Virus record (IMG/VR): IMGVR_UViG_3300038530_000595
Span: 1 to 27,531 of that record
Length of the DNA stretch: 27,531 nt
Source: a virus
Taxonomy: Duplodnaviria > Caudoviricetes
Direction: 5' to 3' (one strand)
Shown here piece by piece: positions 17,994 through 26,393 of this stretch. The notes beneath the pieces are model-generated. The model worked only from the letters and a program-made list of their open reading frames with translations. It made no database searches and was not told the origin of the DNA. A program made the position numbers and the translations under genes. Each line of letters starts with the position of its first letter. Position 1 is the stretch's first letter.

Positions 17994-18557
17994 CTATCTA
18001 AATGATGGACCAAGAAACCAACTAACTAAACTATACCTTATACCTTTAGTAACTGGTTGTACTCCATGATTTAAGTAAGATGGAAAGAAAACAACTGTGC
18101 CTTGTTCTCTTGCATCTTCTTGTACAAAATTTTGTTTATCGTCTGGAAACTCTAATTGACCACCTTCATAATATTCAGGTGGTGTAAGTTGTGCAGACAT
18201 TGATAGTTTTCTAACTGGTTGATTTGGCGGGTTTTCATAAAAACCATCAATATGTGGTTTGTAAAAACCTTGATTTTTTTCATCGTATTTAGTTAATTGA
18301 AATGTTTCTGGTTCTGTTAAAGTAAATTGATAAAATTCTTTGTTAACTCTATCTACTAATTCAAGTATTGGTTTATATATTTCAAAATATTTAAGGCTAC
18401 CATTAAAAAAACAAATTTCACTATCCCTTATTTTTTTGTTTACCTCGCCTACTCCAACACTACCTTTAACAACCATTTCATTTTTTTGTAATTTAATTAT
18501 GTTTTCACAAAATTCTGAAGATAGTGCTTTTTTTGCTACAATTATATTTCTTTTCAT
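17994..18557 (-). CDS. 2OG-Fe(II) oxygenase, prolyl-4-hydroxylase/PKHD-like
   Basis: PHIDG, RKLSMSAQL, YEGGQLEF and GTVVFFPSYLNHGVQPVTKGIRYSLVSW (HxD...H...RxS). Confidence 0.88.
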   Translation of the reverse strand: MKRNIIVAKKALSSEFCENIIKLQKNEMVVKGSVGVGEVNKKIRDSEICFFNGSLKYFEIYKPILELVDRVNKEFYQFTLTEPETFQLTKYDEKNQGFYKPHIDGFYENPPNQPVRKLSMSAQLTPPEYYEGGQLEFPDDKQNFVQEDAREQGTVVFFPSYLNHGVQPVTKGIRYSLVSWFLGPSFR

Positions 18558-19093
18558 TCTGTGACTGCCGTATCACAATACAAATCTGGTCTTTTATCAT
18601 ATTGAAATTCTGGATAGAATTGTCCATTTTTTTCAATATAATGAAGAAAGACTTGACGATGCCAATCATATTGTAATTCATGCCTCCAATGTTCTTGAGT
18701 GCAACCATTATATATAACACCCTCACCTATATTTAATTTAAAAGTTTTGTCCTCTACATTTATTGTCCACAAATCTTCTTTGTGAGAAGCATCTATACAA
18801 AGAGTTACACTCACTTCACAAGATGGTCTATCTTTGTGAGGTGGACAGTCTTGTGTTTTGTAATAAGTTCTCCAAAAAGAATAAGTTGGCACTAATTCTT
18901 TTCCGTAGGCTTCTTCTATTTTTGGTTTAATAAAATTAAGTAAATTTTCAAAAACTGGATCAGCATATATACTTTTTGATCCAGCAAACATAGGTTCTTT
19001 AGTTGGTTGTATTTGATTCTCTACATGTGCCATGTGCATAGACAAGCATCTAGCATGGTCTTCTTCTAACAGCTTTAATTTTTTATTTATCAT
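18554..19093 (-). CDS. 2OG-Fe(II) oxygenase-like protein
   Basis: LVPTYSFWRTY, HKDRPSCEVSVT (HxD), GEGVIYNG..QEHWR and QVFLHY. AGGGG RBS. Confidence 0.78.
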   Translation of the reverse strand: MINKKLKLLEEDHARCLSMHMAHVENQIQPTKEPMFAGSKSIYADPVFENLLNFIKPKIEEAYGKELVPTYSFWRTYYKTQDCPPHKDRPSCEVSVTLCIDASHKEDLWTINVEDKTFKLNIGEGVIYNGCTQEHWRHELQYDWHRQVFLHYIEKNGQFYPEFQYDKRPDLYCDTAVTE

Positions 19094-19111
19094 TAATTAC
19101 CCCTACATGAG

Positions 19112-19140
19112 ATAATATAGGAAGATATAGTATAAAACAA
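19112..19140 (-). promoter_or_regulatory. Sigma70-like promoter for the enzyme cassette
   Basis: On the - strand TTGTTT (19140-19135), 17 nt, TATTAT (19117-19112), in an AT-rich gap upstream of the RBS and ATG at 19093. Confidence 0.55.
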
Positions 19141-19157
19141 GTTAAAAGATAATAAAA

Positions 19158-19538
19158 TTAATCCCAAGGGAAAGAAGCTGTAAAGTCACCATCAGAATTA
19201 GTTGTACCTTTAGGAGTAGAACCATGAACTTTCTCTTCAAAGTCAATACCAGCCTCTATTTCTGCTTTTATATTAGCTAATATCGAAGAATCTACTCTGT
19301 TTTCAACCCATGTCTTAACATTTGCTTCTGTAACGGAATTATATGCAGTAAAGCTACTATCTATATTGTCTACATTCATGTCTAAATCAAAAATACTTTG
19401 ACCAGATATACTACCAATTGTTTCACTAGTGCCAGTTAATGTTGCTTCGACTCTTAATATAGCGTCTTTATAAGTTTTTCCACTTTTTGTAATATCTTTT
19501 GTGTACAATTTATCTATTGTCCAAGCATATGTTGCCAT
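19158..19538 (-). CDS. Small tail-fibre-associated protein (possible fibre assembly chaperone)
   Basis: TYAWTI..., FTAYNSVTEANVKTWV and a C-terminal PW. TAATG coupling to the adhesin gene. Confidence 0.55.
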   Translation of the reverse strand: MATYAWTIDKLYTKDITKSGKTYKDAILRVEATLTGTSETIGSISGQSIFDLDMNVDNIDSSFTAYNSVTEANVKTWVENRVDSSILANIKAEIEAGIDFEEKVHGSTPKGTTNSDGDFTASFPWD

Positions 19539-20842
19539 TATTCTGTACCTCCTGCGACTGTACCATTGTTTGTAAAAGTTACGTTTGATATACCTTCAAT
19601 ATAGTTTCCTGCTGCTCCAACAGAGCCATCATTACCTCCACTAGAACCACTGGTTGTTGAATTAGTGCCAGCAGAGCCATTTTGACCCTCACCTCCAGCT
19701 TGACCATAACCACCACCAGTACCACCATTACCACCAGCACCACCATTACCAGCTTGACCTGTTGATCCACTTGATCCACTAGCACCAGAGTCTCCTCCAG
19801 GTTGGTTGTTAAATCCTCTACCTAAACCTCCAGCACCACCAGCACCACCACTGTGTCCAGATACTTGAGTTTGTTGTTGTGATGATTGTGGAAATTGTCT
19901 GTAAATTTCGTACCCTATTGATTGTCCCCAACCCTGTAATTCCATAGAAGTACCAATAGGATTAGAAAATCTTTGACTACCTCGGTAATAAGTATATTGA
20001 CCTTGAGTATATGATGAAGCAGGATAAGGTACATTTACATTGTTGCCTGGACTTGATCCTCCCCATCTATATCTTCCTTGTTGAGTGCTATTAGTTGCTG
20101 ATGCATAAAGTGTTAGAACATTAGATACTGGACCTTGATATGGTCCAGGTGCACCATTTAATCGAACCCAATATTTAGCATTAGGACTTCCTTGTTGATA
20201 AGCTGGACCTTCTTGACCAGTAGTCTGCTGCTGTTGTTGCTGTTGAAGATTACCACCTTGACCTCCTCCACCACCACCAGAGCCACCTCCACCTCCAGCT
20301 AACATACTTCCATTGTTAACTAAGGTTACGGCTACGGAAGCTTTGAAAGCATCACCACCAGCAGAACCATTACCTCCAGTTCCACCATTAGCACTTCCAG
20401 CAGAACCTCCTGCTCCTCCAGCACCAATAATGCTTCCATTGTTTGTAATAGTTATTGTCCCTTGTCCACCACTATCTGCCTCAAGAGCATATTCAGAAGT
20501 GTTATTAGTTCCTAAAGTAACAGAAGATGGTATTACAACATTTTTTGGATAATCTACTTGATAATCTGTAGATCCAAATAAATCTGATAGATTTTGGTCT
20601 GTAGCTCCAGATGAATATGTAAAAGTAAAACCTTTACCTTGATCGTAAAAATCACTTACATCTATTGCACCACTTTCTGGAACATTTGCAGCATCATTAA
20701 CAGCAGGGTTAGTAGGATGTTTTGCCCTAATGTTTGAACCACCTCTATAAAGATCGCCAAGACTGATAGAACTTGAACCACCAACAAACTCGGTCCTTAA
20801 CGCTGAAAACGAAAGAGATTGTCCAGAACTTGGTATCGCCAC
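19538..20842 (-). CDS. Glycine-rich receptor-binding adhesin (T-even gp38-like architecture)
   Basis: ITNNGSIIGAGGAGG, GGDA and LVNNGSMLAGGGGGSGG polyglycine blocks flanking a non-repetitive insert. Follows the S74-bearing fibre gene. Confidence 0.7.
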   Translation of the reverse strand: MAIPSSGQSLSFSALRTEFVGGSSSISLGDLYRGGSNIRAKHPTNPAVNDAANVPESGAIDVSDFYDQGKGFTFTYSSGATDQNLSDLFGSTDYQVDYPKNVVIPSSVTLGTNNTSEYALEADSGGQGTITITNNGSIIGAGGAGGSAGSANGGTGGNGSAGGDAFKASVAVTLVNNGSMLAGGGGGSGGGGGGQGGNLQQQQQQQTTGQEGPAYQQGSPNAKYWVRLNGAPGPYQGPVSNVLTLYASATNSTQQGRYRWGGSSPGNNVNVPYPASSYTQGQYTYYRGSQRFSNPIGTSMELQGWGQSIGYEIYRQFPQSSQQQTQVSGHSGGAGGAGGLGRGFNNQPGGDSGASGSSGSTGQAGNGGAGGNGGTGGGYGQAGGEGQNGSAGTNSTTSGSSGGNDGSVGAAGNYIEGISNVTFTNNGTVAGGTE

Positions 20843-20845
20843 CGA

Positions 20846-21958
20846 TTAACCTCCGTTTATAATCTGTTGTTTTAGCTTTTCAAGTTGCAATCTATTTGTT
20901 ATTACATCATTGCTTAGTTCTTTTATAGCTTCAATTAAAACAGATGTTAATTTACCATAATCTACAGATTTTGTTTGCATGTCATCATCTGCTGTCATAA
21001 CAACTTCTGGTAAAATAGCTTCCATATCTTGTGCTAAAACACCAACTTGAGTTTTTGCATTTTCAACATCATTTCTTTTGTAGTAAACACCTTGCATTGC
21101 CATGACTTTTTGCAAAGCATTTGCTATTGGTTCTATATCAGTTTTGAGCCTTTTATCAGAAAAAGCAGTAACATCGTTGTTAAATGTTGCAGCACCTGCA
21201 CTTGACATATCTATTGTTAAAGCAGTGATTCCAGAACCACCATCATCACCCTTAATTATAAAATCTTTATCTTGAACTTTTGTTTCTATAACAAAATCAC
21301 TACTTGAATTTGTTAAGTGTGCAATAGCTGTTCCACCATCTTTGAATATTATATCAGCACCATCTGCATCAAGTACAATATCTCCAGCAGAATCAAGTGT
21401 AATCGGGTTTGCTGCTATTGTTACTCCAGTTGTGCCATCATGTGTTAATGTTACATCATTATCAGCACCCATGTTTAATACAGCAGAGTCTGAAGTTAGA
21501 CTTAAATCATCTTGAACTTTAAGATCAACAACAGATAAAGAAGCAAAAGCATCAGCAACTGCTGCTCCACTCCCTGCACCATCTAAATAAACTGCTTTAG
21601 CATCTCCAGGAGGAATAGTTACATTAGCTCCACTCCCTTGTGATATAATTATATTTTGTGATCCACTTGTTCCGTTTTCAATAATATGCACTCTTTTCAT
21701 CGTATTTGGACCGATAGTGATTGTGCATTCTGAATCTAATGTACCAGTATATTTAATATACATCGCTCTACCAGCATCTGATGATCCATCTGCTATGGTG
21801 GTTGCATGAGTGTCTGCATTTGTAGTTATGGCTTCTGTCCCAAAACCTAATGCTTCACCAATTAATTCTAAATTTGTGTTTGTTGATGTACCCCAAGTTC
21901 CAGATTCGTCACCTGTGGCTATCTCTTTTAATCTAAGATTGTTAGTATATTCTGCCAT
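20846..21958 (-). CDS. Tail fibre with C-terminal intramolecular chaperone (peptidase S74)
   Basis: N-terminal GDESGTWG..TNTNL. C-terminal FSDKRLKTDI...GVLAQD...LPEVV...SVDYGKL...LIEAIKEL followed by a coiled coil. Confidence 0.88.
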   Translation of the reverse strand: MAEYTNNLRLKEIATGDESGTWGTSTNTNLELIGEALGFGTEAITTNADTHATTIADGSSDAGRAMYIKYTGTLDSECTITIGPNTMKRVHIIENGTSGSQNIIISQGSGANVTIPPGDAKAVYLDGAGSGAAVADAFASLSVVDLKVQDDLSLTSDSAVLNMGADNDVTLTHDGTTGVTIAANPITLDSAGDIVLDADGADIIFKDGGTAIAHLTNSSSDFVIETKVQDKDFIIKGDDGGSGITALTIDMSSAGAATFNNDVTAFSDKRLKTDIEPIANALQKVMAMQGVYYKRNDVENAKTQVGVLAQDMEAILPEVVMTADDDMQTKSVDYGKLTSVLIEAIKELSNDVITNRLQLEKLKQQIINGG

Positions 21959-23299
21959 TTATGCCGCCTTTTCTATCCAATTAGCCACTTGCGTGGGTTC
22001 AATTAAACTATAAACTTGTTCTTCACCAGTTGCACCAGTAGCACTAACTCCTGTTAAAGATAGCACACAAGACCCTAATTGTGCAACTTTATCTGAAGAA
22101 ATATCTGCTCCAAACAAATTAGCACCCTGTAATGATTGTGTAAGTGAGGAAGTTAATCCTGCTAATCCAGACACTACAGGAGTTACACTAATAATTACTG
22201 TTTCATTACCTAATCCAGTTGTACCAACAACAGTAGTAACTGGTGCTCCAGTTGTTGTCAATAAATCGTAAACAATTGGAGTGTTAGCAGTATAACCCAT
22301 TAAAGCATGATTATAACATTGATAATGTAAGGTAGGTGCTTTTTCTGGAACTGTTATTAAAACATATCTGTCTGAAGCTGAGTTAAAATTGCTTACATAT
22401 TCATTTCTAGTTTGTTCAACACCATCTAAGTAATAAGAAATACCATTTGTGTATACTGTATTTTTAGCTGCATCTTCATAAAAATTAATTGGATGACCAT
22501 CATTACTACTATGACTTTGATCAAACTTGTAGGTGTTACGCTCAAACAGATCCAACTCGACATCTGCTGTGGCAGTTGATCCATCAATTGCGTACTTGTT
22601 AGTTGATCCTTGATTGTAATATGGATGATCAGATGGATTTCCAGAAACGACAGTAACTGTATAAGTTATTGTTGTGGCAGAATATCCACTTATTAATATA
22701 GAAGCAGAGACACCAGTAGGTGAGACAAGTGCCGTACCAGAAACTGCCTCATTACCAATATTTACTGTGCCAGTAAGTCCAGTTTCAACAACTCTTGCAC
22801 CCGCACCTGCAAGTGCATCACCAACTGCCGTTGTTCCTACAACTCCAGTAACACTAAATGCACATGTTCCAGTGACTGTAGGAGTTTGAACAAGAGCCGA
22901 TGCAACGTTAGTAGCTGGTGTTATGGTTTGCCCTACATCAGCAAATACACCACCTCCCCATATGTGCGCTCCCCAAGCATCGCTACCCCAACCAGATAGA
23001 AATCCAATTGTGGCTTCGAAACCAGTGACACCAAAAGATATAGGTATTTTAGGTAATACAGTACCAACGGAAGCAGTTACAGATATACCAGTAGGAGTGA
23101 TGATAAAAACACTACTAGCTGCTACTGTACCAACAGAAGCAGTGGCTTCTAAACCAGTCTCTATTACTAAAGATCCAGCGGTAGTTCCTTCATCACCAAC
23201 GGCTGTTGTACCAGCTACACCTGTAACAGCAAAAGAAGTGTTACCAATGCCGCCCCATCCAATAGCACCCCAAGTGCCTTGTCCCCAGCCGTTAGCCAT
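21959..23299 (-). CDS. Virion structural protein with Val/Gly/Thr beta-repeats, WG motifs and an inserted cupredoxin-like domain
   Basis: Repeats of TG..(A/G)T..VG.V, two WGxxxWGxxxWG motifs, and an insert carrying GHP...LHYQCYNHALMG. Confidence 0.65.
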   Translation of the reverse strand: MANGWGQGTWGAIGWGGIGNTSFAVTGVAGTTAVGDEGTTAGSLVIETGLEATASVGTVAASSVFIITPTGISVTASVGTVLPKIPISFGVTGFEATIGFLSGWGSDAWGAHIWGGGVFADVGQTITPATNVASALVQTPTVTGTCAFSVTGVVGTTAVGDALAGAGARVVETGLTGTVNIGNEAVSGTALVSPTGVSASILISGYSATTITYTVTVVSGNPSDHPYYNQGSTNKYAIDGSTATADVELDLFERNTYKFDQSHSSNDGHPINFYEDAAKNTVYTNGISYYLDGVEQTRNEYVSNFNSASDRYVLITVPEKAPTLHYQCYNHALMGYTANTPIVYDLLTTTGAPVTTVVGTTGLGNETVIISVTPVVSGLAGLTSSLTQSLQGANLFGADISSDKVAQLGSCVLSLTGVSATGATGEEQVYSLIEPTQVANWIEKAA

Positions 23300-23310
23300 A
23301 AAGGTTTAGC

Positions 23311-23766
23311 CTATGCTATACGGATAATAGCGTTTGAAGCGTCCGCAGTTGGAAACTGTATTGTAAATGTACCAGATGTTGATGTTTTATTAGATGTAAA
23401 ATCTAAAACACAAACAGCTTTATTACTGTCAGAGCTATTATATATCAAAGCACCCATTGCAGTAATTGTTGCAGTTGTAAAACTTAAATCATTAAAATCT
23501 GTAAAGGCAGTAGTACCAGATGTTGTTGGATCTACTCTTGTTAAACTTCCACCACCAGTTGCGTATGTTCCACTTGAGGCGACCTCACCAGTTGTAGTAA
23601 ACGCAGTTGTTGTAGCTCCTAATGTTGCAGTTGTAGATGATTTACCACCAGAACCTTCTGCATAAAGTGCTAACTTAAAAGTGTCTCCACCAGAGTTTTT
23701 AAAATTGTGTACACCTTCTAATAACTCTTTTTTGAAGGAAGTACACATTGCTTGTGCTATAGCCAT
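23311..23766 (-). CDS. Conserved phage structural (tail-associated) protein
   Basis: AMCTSFKKELL, FKLALY, YATGG, GALIYN, AVCVLDF and GTFTIQFP...AIIRIA. AGGAG RBS. Confidence 0.7.
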   Translation of the reverse strand: MAIAQAMCTSFKKELLEGVHNFKNSGGDTFKLALYAEGSGGKSSTTATLGATTTAFTTTGEVASSGTYATGGGSLTRVDPTTSGTTAFTDFNDLSFTTATITAMGALIYNSSDSNKAVCVLDFTSNKTSTSGTFTIQFPTADASNAIIRIA

Positions 23767-23767
23767 A

Positions 23768-24055
23768 TTAGAGTCTCCTTATATATTCAGCCGTTTCCTT
23801 TTGACCACTTGATCTTAAAGCTTGAATTATAGTACCACGCTCTTCCTTTCTTGCCAAGAGGAGATAATGATACAAAACATTCTTAAGATGTTCTCTAAAT
23901 TGATTAGCTTGTTGTCTAACATGTGGAGGTGCTTGATCTGATATACTAACTATTTTATCAACTGCTAAATCTGCTATCTGTTCATTTGTTAAACCACCTT
24001 TATCTGAAGTCATTACATTTACTTTTCCAGCTTGTGATACTCCTACGTTAAACAT
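23768..24055 (-). CDS. Hypothetical phage protein
   Basis: Start moved to the ATG at 24055 (MFNVGVS...), which has GAGGAG upstream. Confidence 0.7.
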   Translation of the reverse strand: MFNVGVSQAGKVNVMTSDKGGLTNEQIADLAVDKIVSISDQAPPHVRQQANQFREHLKNVLYHYLLLARKEERGTIIQALRSSGQKETAEYIRRL

Positions 24056-24773
24056 CTTTTTTCTCCTCAAATGTTACTCCAGGTATATCCTCTCTACCAA
24101 TTATATTAGGCGTTGCATCTAAGGGTTCTGGAGGTTCTAGTTTTGATTTTTTAGTAATTAACATCTCACCTTGTGTGGTCGTAGATACAAGTGGATCTTC
24201 TAATCTGTGATACCCGTATAATTTTTGCTCGTCTGAAACATTGGTGTCTAATAAAGAAGAATTGTTTGCTATGTGTAATTTTATTCCCTTAGATACTGCA
24301 ATTGCTAACCAAAACTCACAACAAGCTCTTCCTGCTTCTGCAAAGTTTATTGCTTTATGTGTAAAATCTATACCATATAAATGTAAATCACTAACTTTTT
24401 CTGCTATCGCATAAGCTAATGCATAAGCCACAGTGTTATTTAAATATGCGTATTTGGTTTTTTGTAAAACTTCTTGCAATGGATACTCAACAACATCTGG
24501 ACATCTTTCATCTAATGTACAAGAAAATATAGGAACATTAATCTTTGTCTTTAACCTATCTGCCATTATATTAGTTTGTTTTCCTGCATTAGGTGTATCA
24601 AGAAATCTAGATGGAGGATCCATCATAAAACATTTATCATGATATATAACTCCAGACATTGCGTTTATTGCCCAGACTTCATCAAACTTTTCACTTCTAA
24701 TTTTGGCTAATATGTACTCTGAAAAACTATTGCCAAGACCGACAATAGCTATACTTTTATTTTTTAATTTCAT
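24048..24773 (-). CDS. Conserved phage protein with sialyltransferase/MAF(DUF115)-like motifs
   Basis: IAIVGLGNS, EVWAIN and NNTVAYALAYAI...LHLYGIDF. The ORF looks real, but the function is inferred. Confidence 0.5.
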   Translation of the reverse strand: MKLKNKSIAIVGLGNSFSEYILAKIRSEKFDEVWAINAMSGVIYHDKCFMMDPPSRFLDTPNAGKQTNIMADRLKTKINVPIFSCTLDERCPDVVEYPLQEVLQKTKYAYLNNTVAYALAYAIAEKVSDLHLYGIDFTHKAINFAEAGRACCEFWLAIAVSKGIKLHIANNSSLLDTNVSDEQKLYGYHRLEDPLVSTTTQGEMLITKKSKLEPPEPLDATPNIIGREDIPGVTFEEKKDV

Positions 24774-25417
24774 TATGTTCTTGGTTGTCTAACTAATCCA
24801 TCTCTATAGCTATCCGAGTAATTTCTTCCTTCTGCATAATTTTTCAATCGTGCAAGAGATTCTCCATATCTAGATGTATAAAGTTGGATTAAGTCGTTTT
24901 CCCCTTTCATAAACGTATACGCTTCAACTAAACAAGCGTACAACAATGCATCTGGTGCATTTGTACTTATCCATGTTGTACCAGAATCGTCTGTTGTTAA
25001 CGATGCTGGTCTGTAAAAATAATGTAATTCAACTGCAAAACTACTGTTTGGTGTTGGTGCTACAATAAAATTATCAACGTCAAATTGAGCATAATAAATA
25101 GGAACACCTGTAACAGATGGGTCTGGACTATATTCTTGAATAAAATTCACATCCTTCTGAAGAAGAAAAATATTTGAACTATCTTTTACAAAAGATAAAG
25201 AATGCGCTGCTAAATAATCACTTGGTTTTTGTAAAAATTTATTTCCACTTGTCATAGTTCCAGTAACATTTTTTCTAAAATAATCTAGATCTACAGATTT
25301 AAATATTCTTTCTTCTGCATTTTTTATAAAAAAAGGTATCTCAGCTACAAATGTAGACTCATCATTCTCTGTCCATTCTTTTATAGAATCTGTCAATGTT
25401 GTTAATGTAAAACTCAT
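24773..25417 (-). CDS. Head-tail adaptor-like protein
   Basis: FIKNAEERI, G.P.YYA, APTPNSS..VELHYFYRP and NAPDALLYACLVEA. Confidence 0.65.
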   Translation of the reverse strand: MSFTLTTLTDSIKEWTENDESTFVAEIPFFIKNAEERIFKSVDLDYFRKNVTGTMTSGNKFLQKPSDYLAAHSLSFVKDSSNIFLLQKDVNFIQEYSPDPSVTGVPIYYAQFDVDNFIVAPTPNSSFAVELHYFYRPASLTTDDSGTTWISTNAPDALLYACLVEAYTFMKGENDLIQLYTSRYGESLARLKNYAEGRNYSDSYRDGLVRQPRT

Positions 25418-25725
25418 GATACACTCACTGTTACTGATCCAACTTCACCAATAGCCTTTGGTGTAGCATTAAAGACTAAAGTATTTAAATCAAAAATTGG
25501 TATCTCTATTTTTTCATTAATAAATTCTACTCTAGGTTTAGGGTTTCTTAAAGCTTGTGGATCGGGACCTACACGAATTGGATCTAATTGTGGGTGTTTA
25601 GGTTCATACTCATCATATCCAACAGTCAAACCATTCCATTCTTTTCTCATATCTTTTAATTTATAACGAAAACCAGAACGTTCTGAATATCCAAATGCTC
25701 TTTTATTACTAGCAAATCTAGCCAT
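25414..25725 (-). CDS. Hypothetical virion-associated protein
   Basis: RSGFRY....MRKEWNGL.V..DEYEPKHPQL..PQALRNPKP and C-terminal AIGEVGSVTVSVS. Confidence 0.7.
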   Translation of the reverse strand: MARFASNKRAFGYSERSGFRYKLKDMRKEWNGLTVGYDEYEPKHPQLDPIRVGPDPQALRNPKPRVEFINEKIEIPIFDLNTLVFNATPKAIGEVGSVTVSVS

Positions 25726-26390
25726 TAAACCCTCAAGTATTTAATATCTGGTGTAAGTTTAAGTGGCACTCTATCTTCATCCTCATCACTTGCTCTTTGA
25801 AATTCTTCTTCATAAACACTTTTTAGAATTTGTATTCTTTCGGGTGCTTTTTTCATTGATATATAATAAGCAAGTCCTGCAACTAAACAAGGTAAAAAAC
25901 GAAAAGGAATGTCATTCGTATTCTGTAAGGTATCTGCATCTTGTATTCTACGGACATAATAATAAATTAAACTATCAGAACTAGAATCTGGAGTAGGCCA
26001 CAAAATAACTGAGGGTGTTATTTTTCTGTCAAAATAATATTGACTAGGTCTACCACTTTGATCTTTATTAGGTAAGTTTAAATAATCACCTCTAGACATT
26101 CTTGATAAACTAAAATCAGTGCCACTTCTTCTTATAACAACCTCTAATAAGTCAGTGTGATCTGCATTAAATGTATAAGATGCAGTGCCAGAGGTTAAAG
26201 CTTGAGTGTTTTGTTCAACAGTCCAAAGATTTAATCCTCTGTTTGCCCATTCAGAAAACATTATATTTAAAGATCTTCGTGCAGTTCTTGCATCGTATCC
26301 AGTTCTCATCTCTAGACCACAACGCTCATAAGCCTCCTCTATAGCCTCTCCTACATCTAAATTAAAATCTCTTGAACTAGATGTTGTCAT
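25725..26390 (-). CDS. Second head-tail adaptor / DNA-stabilisation-like protein (P22 gp4-like)
   Basis: IEEAYERCG, ARRSLNIMFSEWANRGLNLW, GRPSQYY, LWPTPD and PFRFLPCLVAGLAYY. Confidence 0.65.
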   Translation of the reverse strand: MTTSSSRDFNLDVGEAIEEAYERCGLEMRTGYDARTARRSLNIMFSEWANRGLNLWTVEQNTQALTSGTASYTFNADHTDLLEVVIRRSGTDFSLSRMSRGDYLNLPNKDQSGRPSQYYFDRKITPSVILWPTPDSSSDSLIYYYVRRIQDADTLQNTNDIPFRFLPCLVAGLAYYISMKKAPERIQILKSVYEEEFQRASDEDEDRVPLKLTPDIKYLRV

Positions 26391-26393
26391 ATC

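Noticed and set aside
19103-19108. ATG-TAG start-stop mini-ORF in the cassette leader
   Set aside because: It overlaps the predicted transcription start and the RBS, and is easily explained by chance.
19538-20842. Diversity-generating retroelement or invertible segment acting on the adhesin
   Set aside because: No reverse transcriptase, invertase, template/variable repeat pair or flanking inverted repeats were seen in the window.
20313-23665. Antisense ORFs over the fibre and structural genes
   Set aside because: They mirror Gly/Thr/Val-rich codons on the coding strand and have no independent support.
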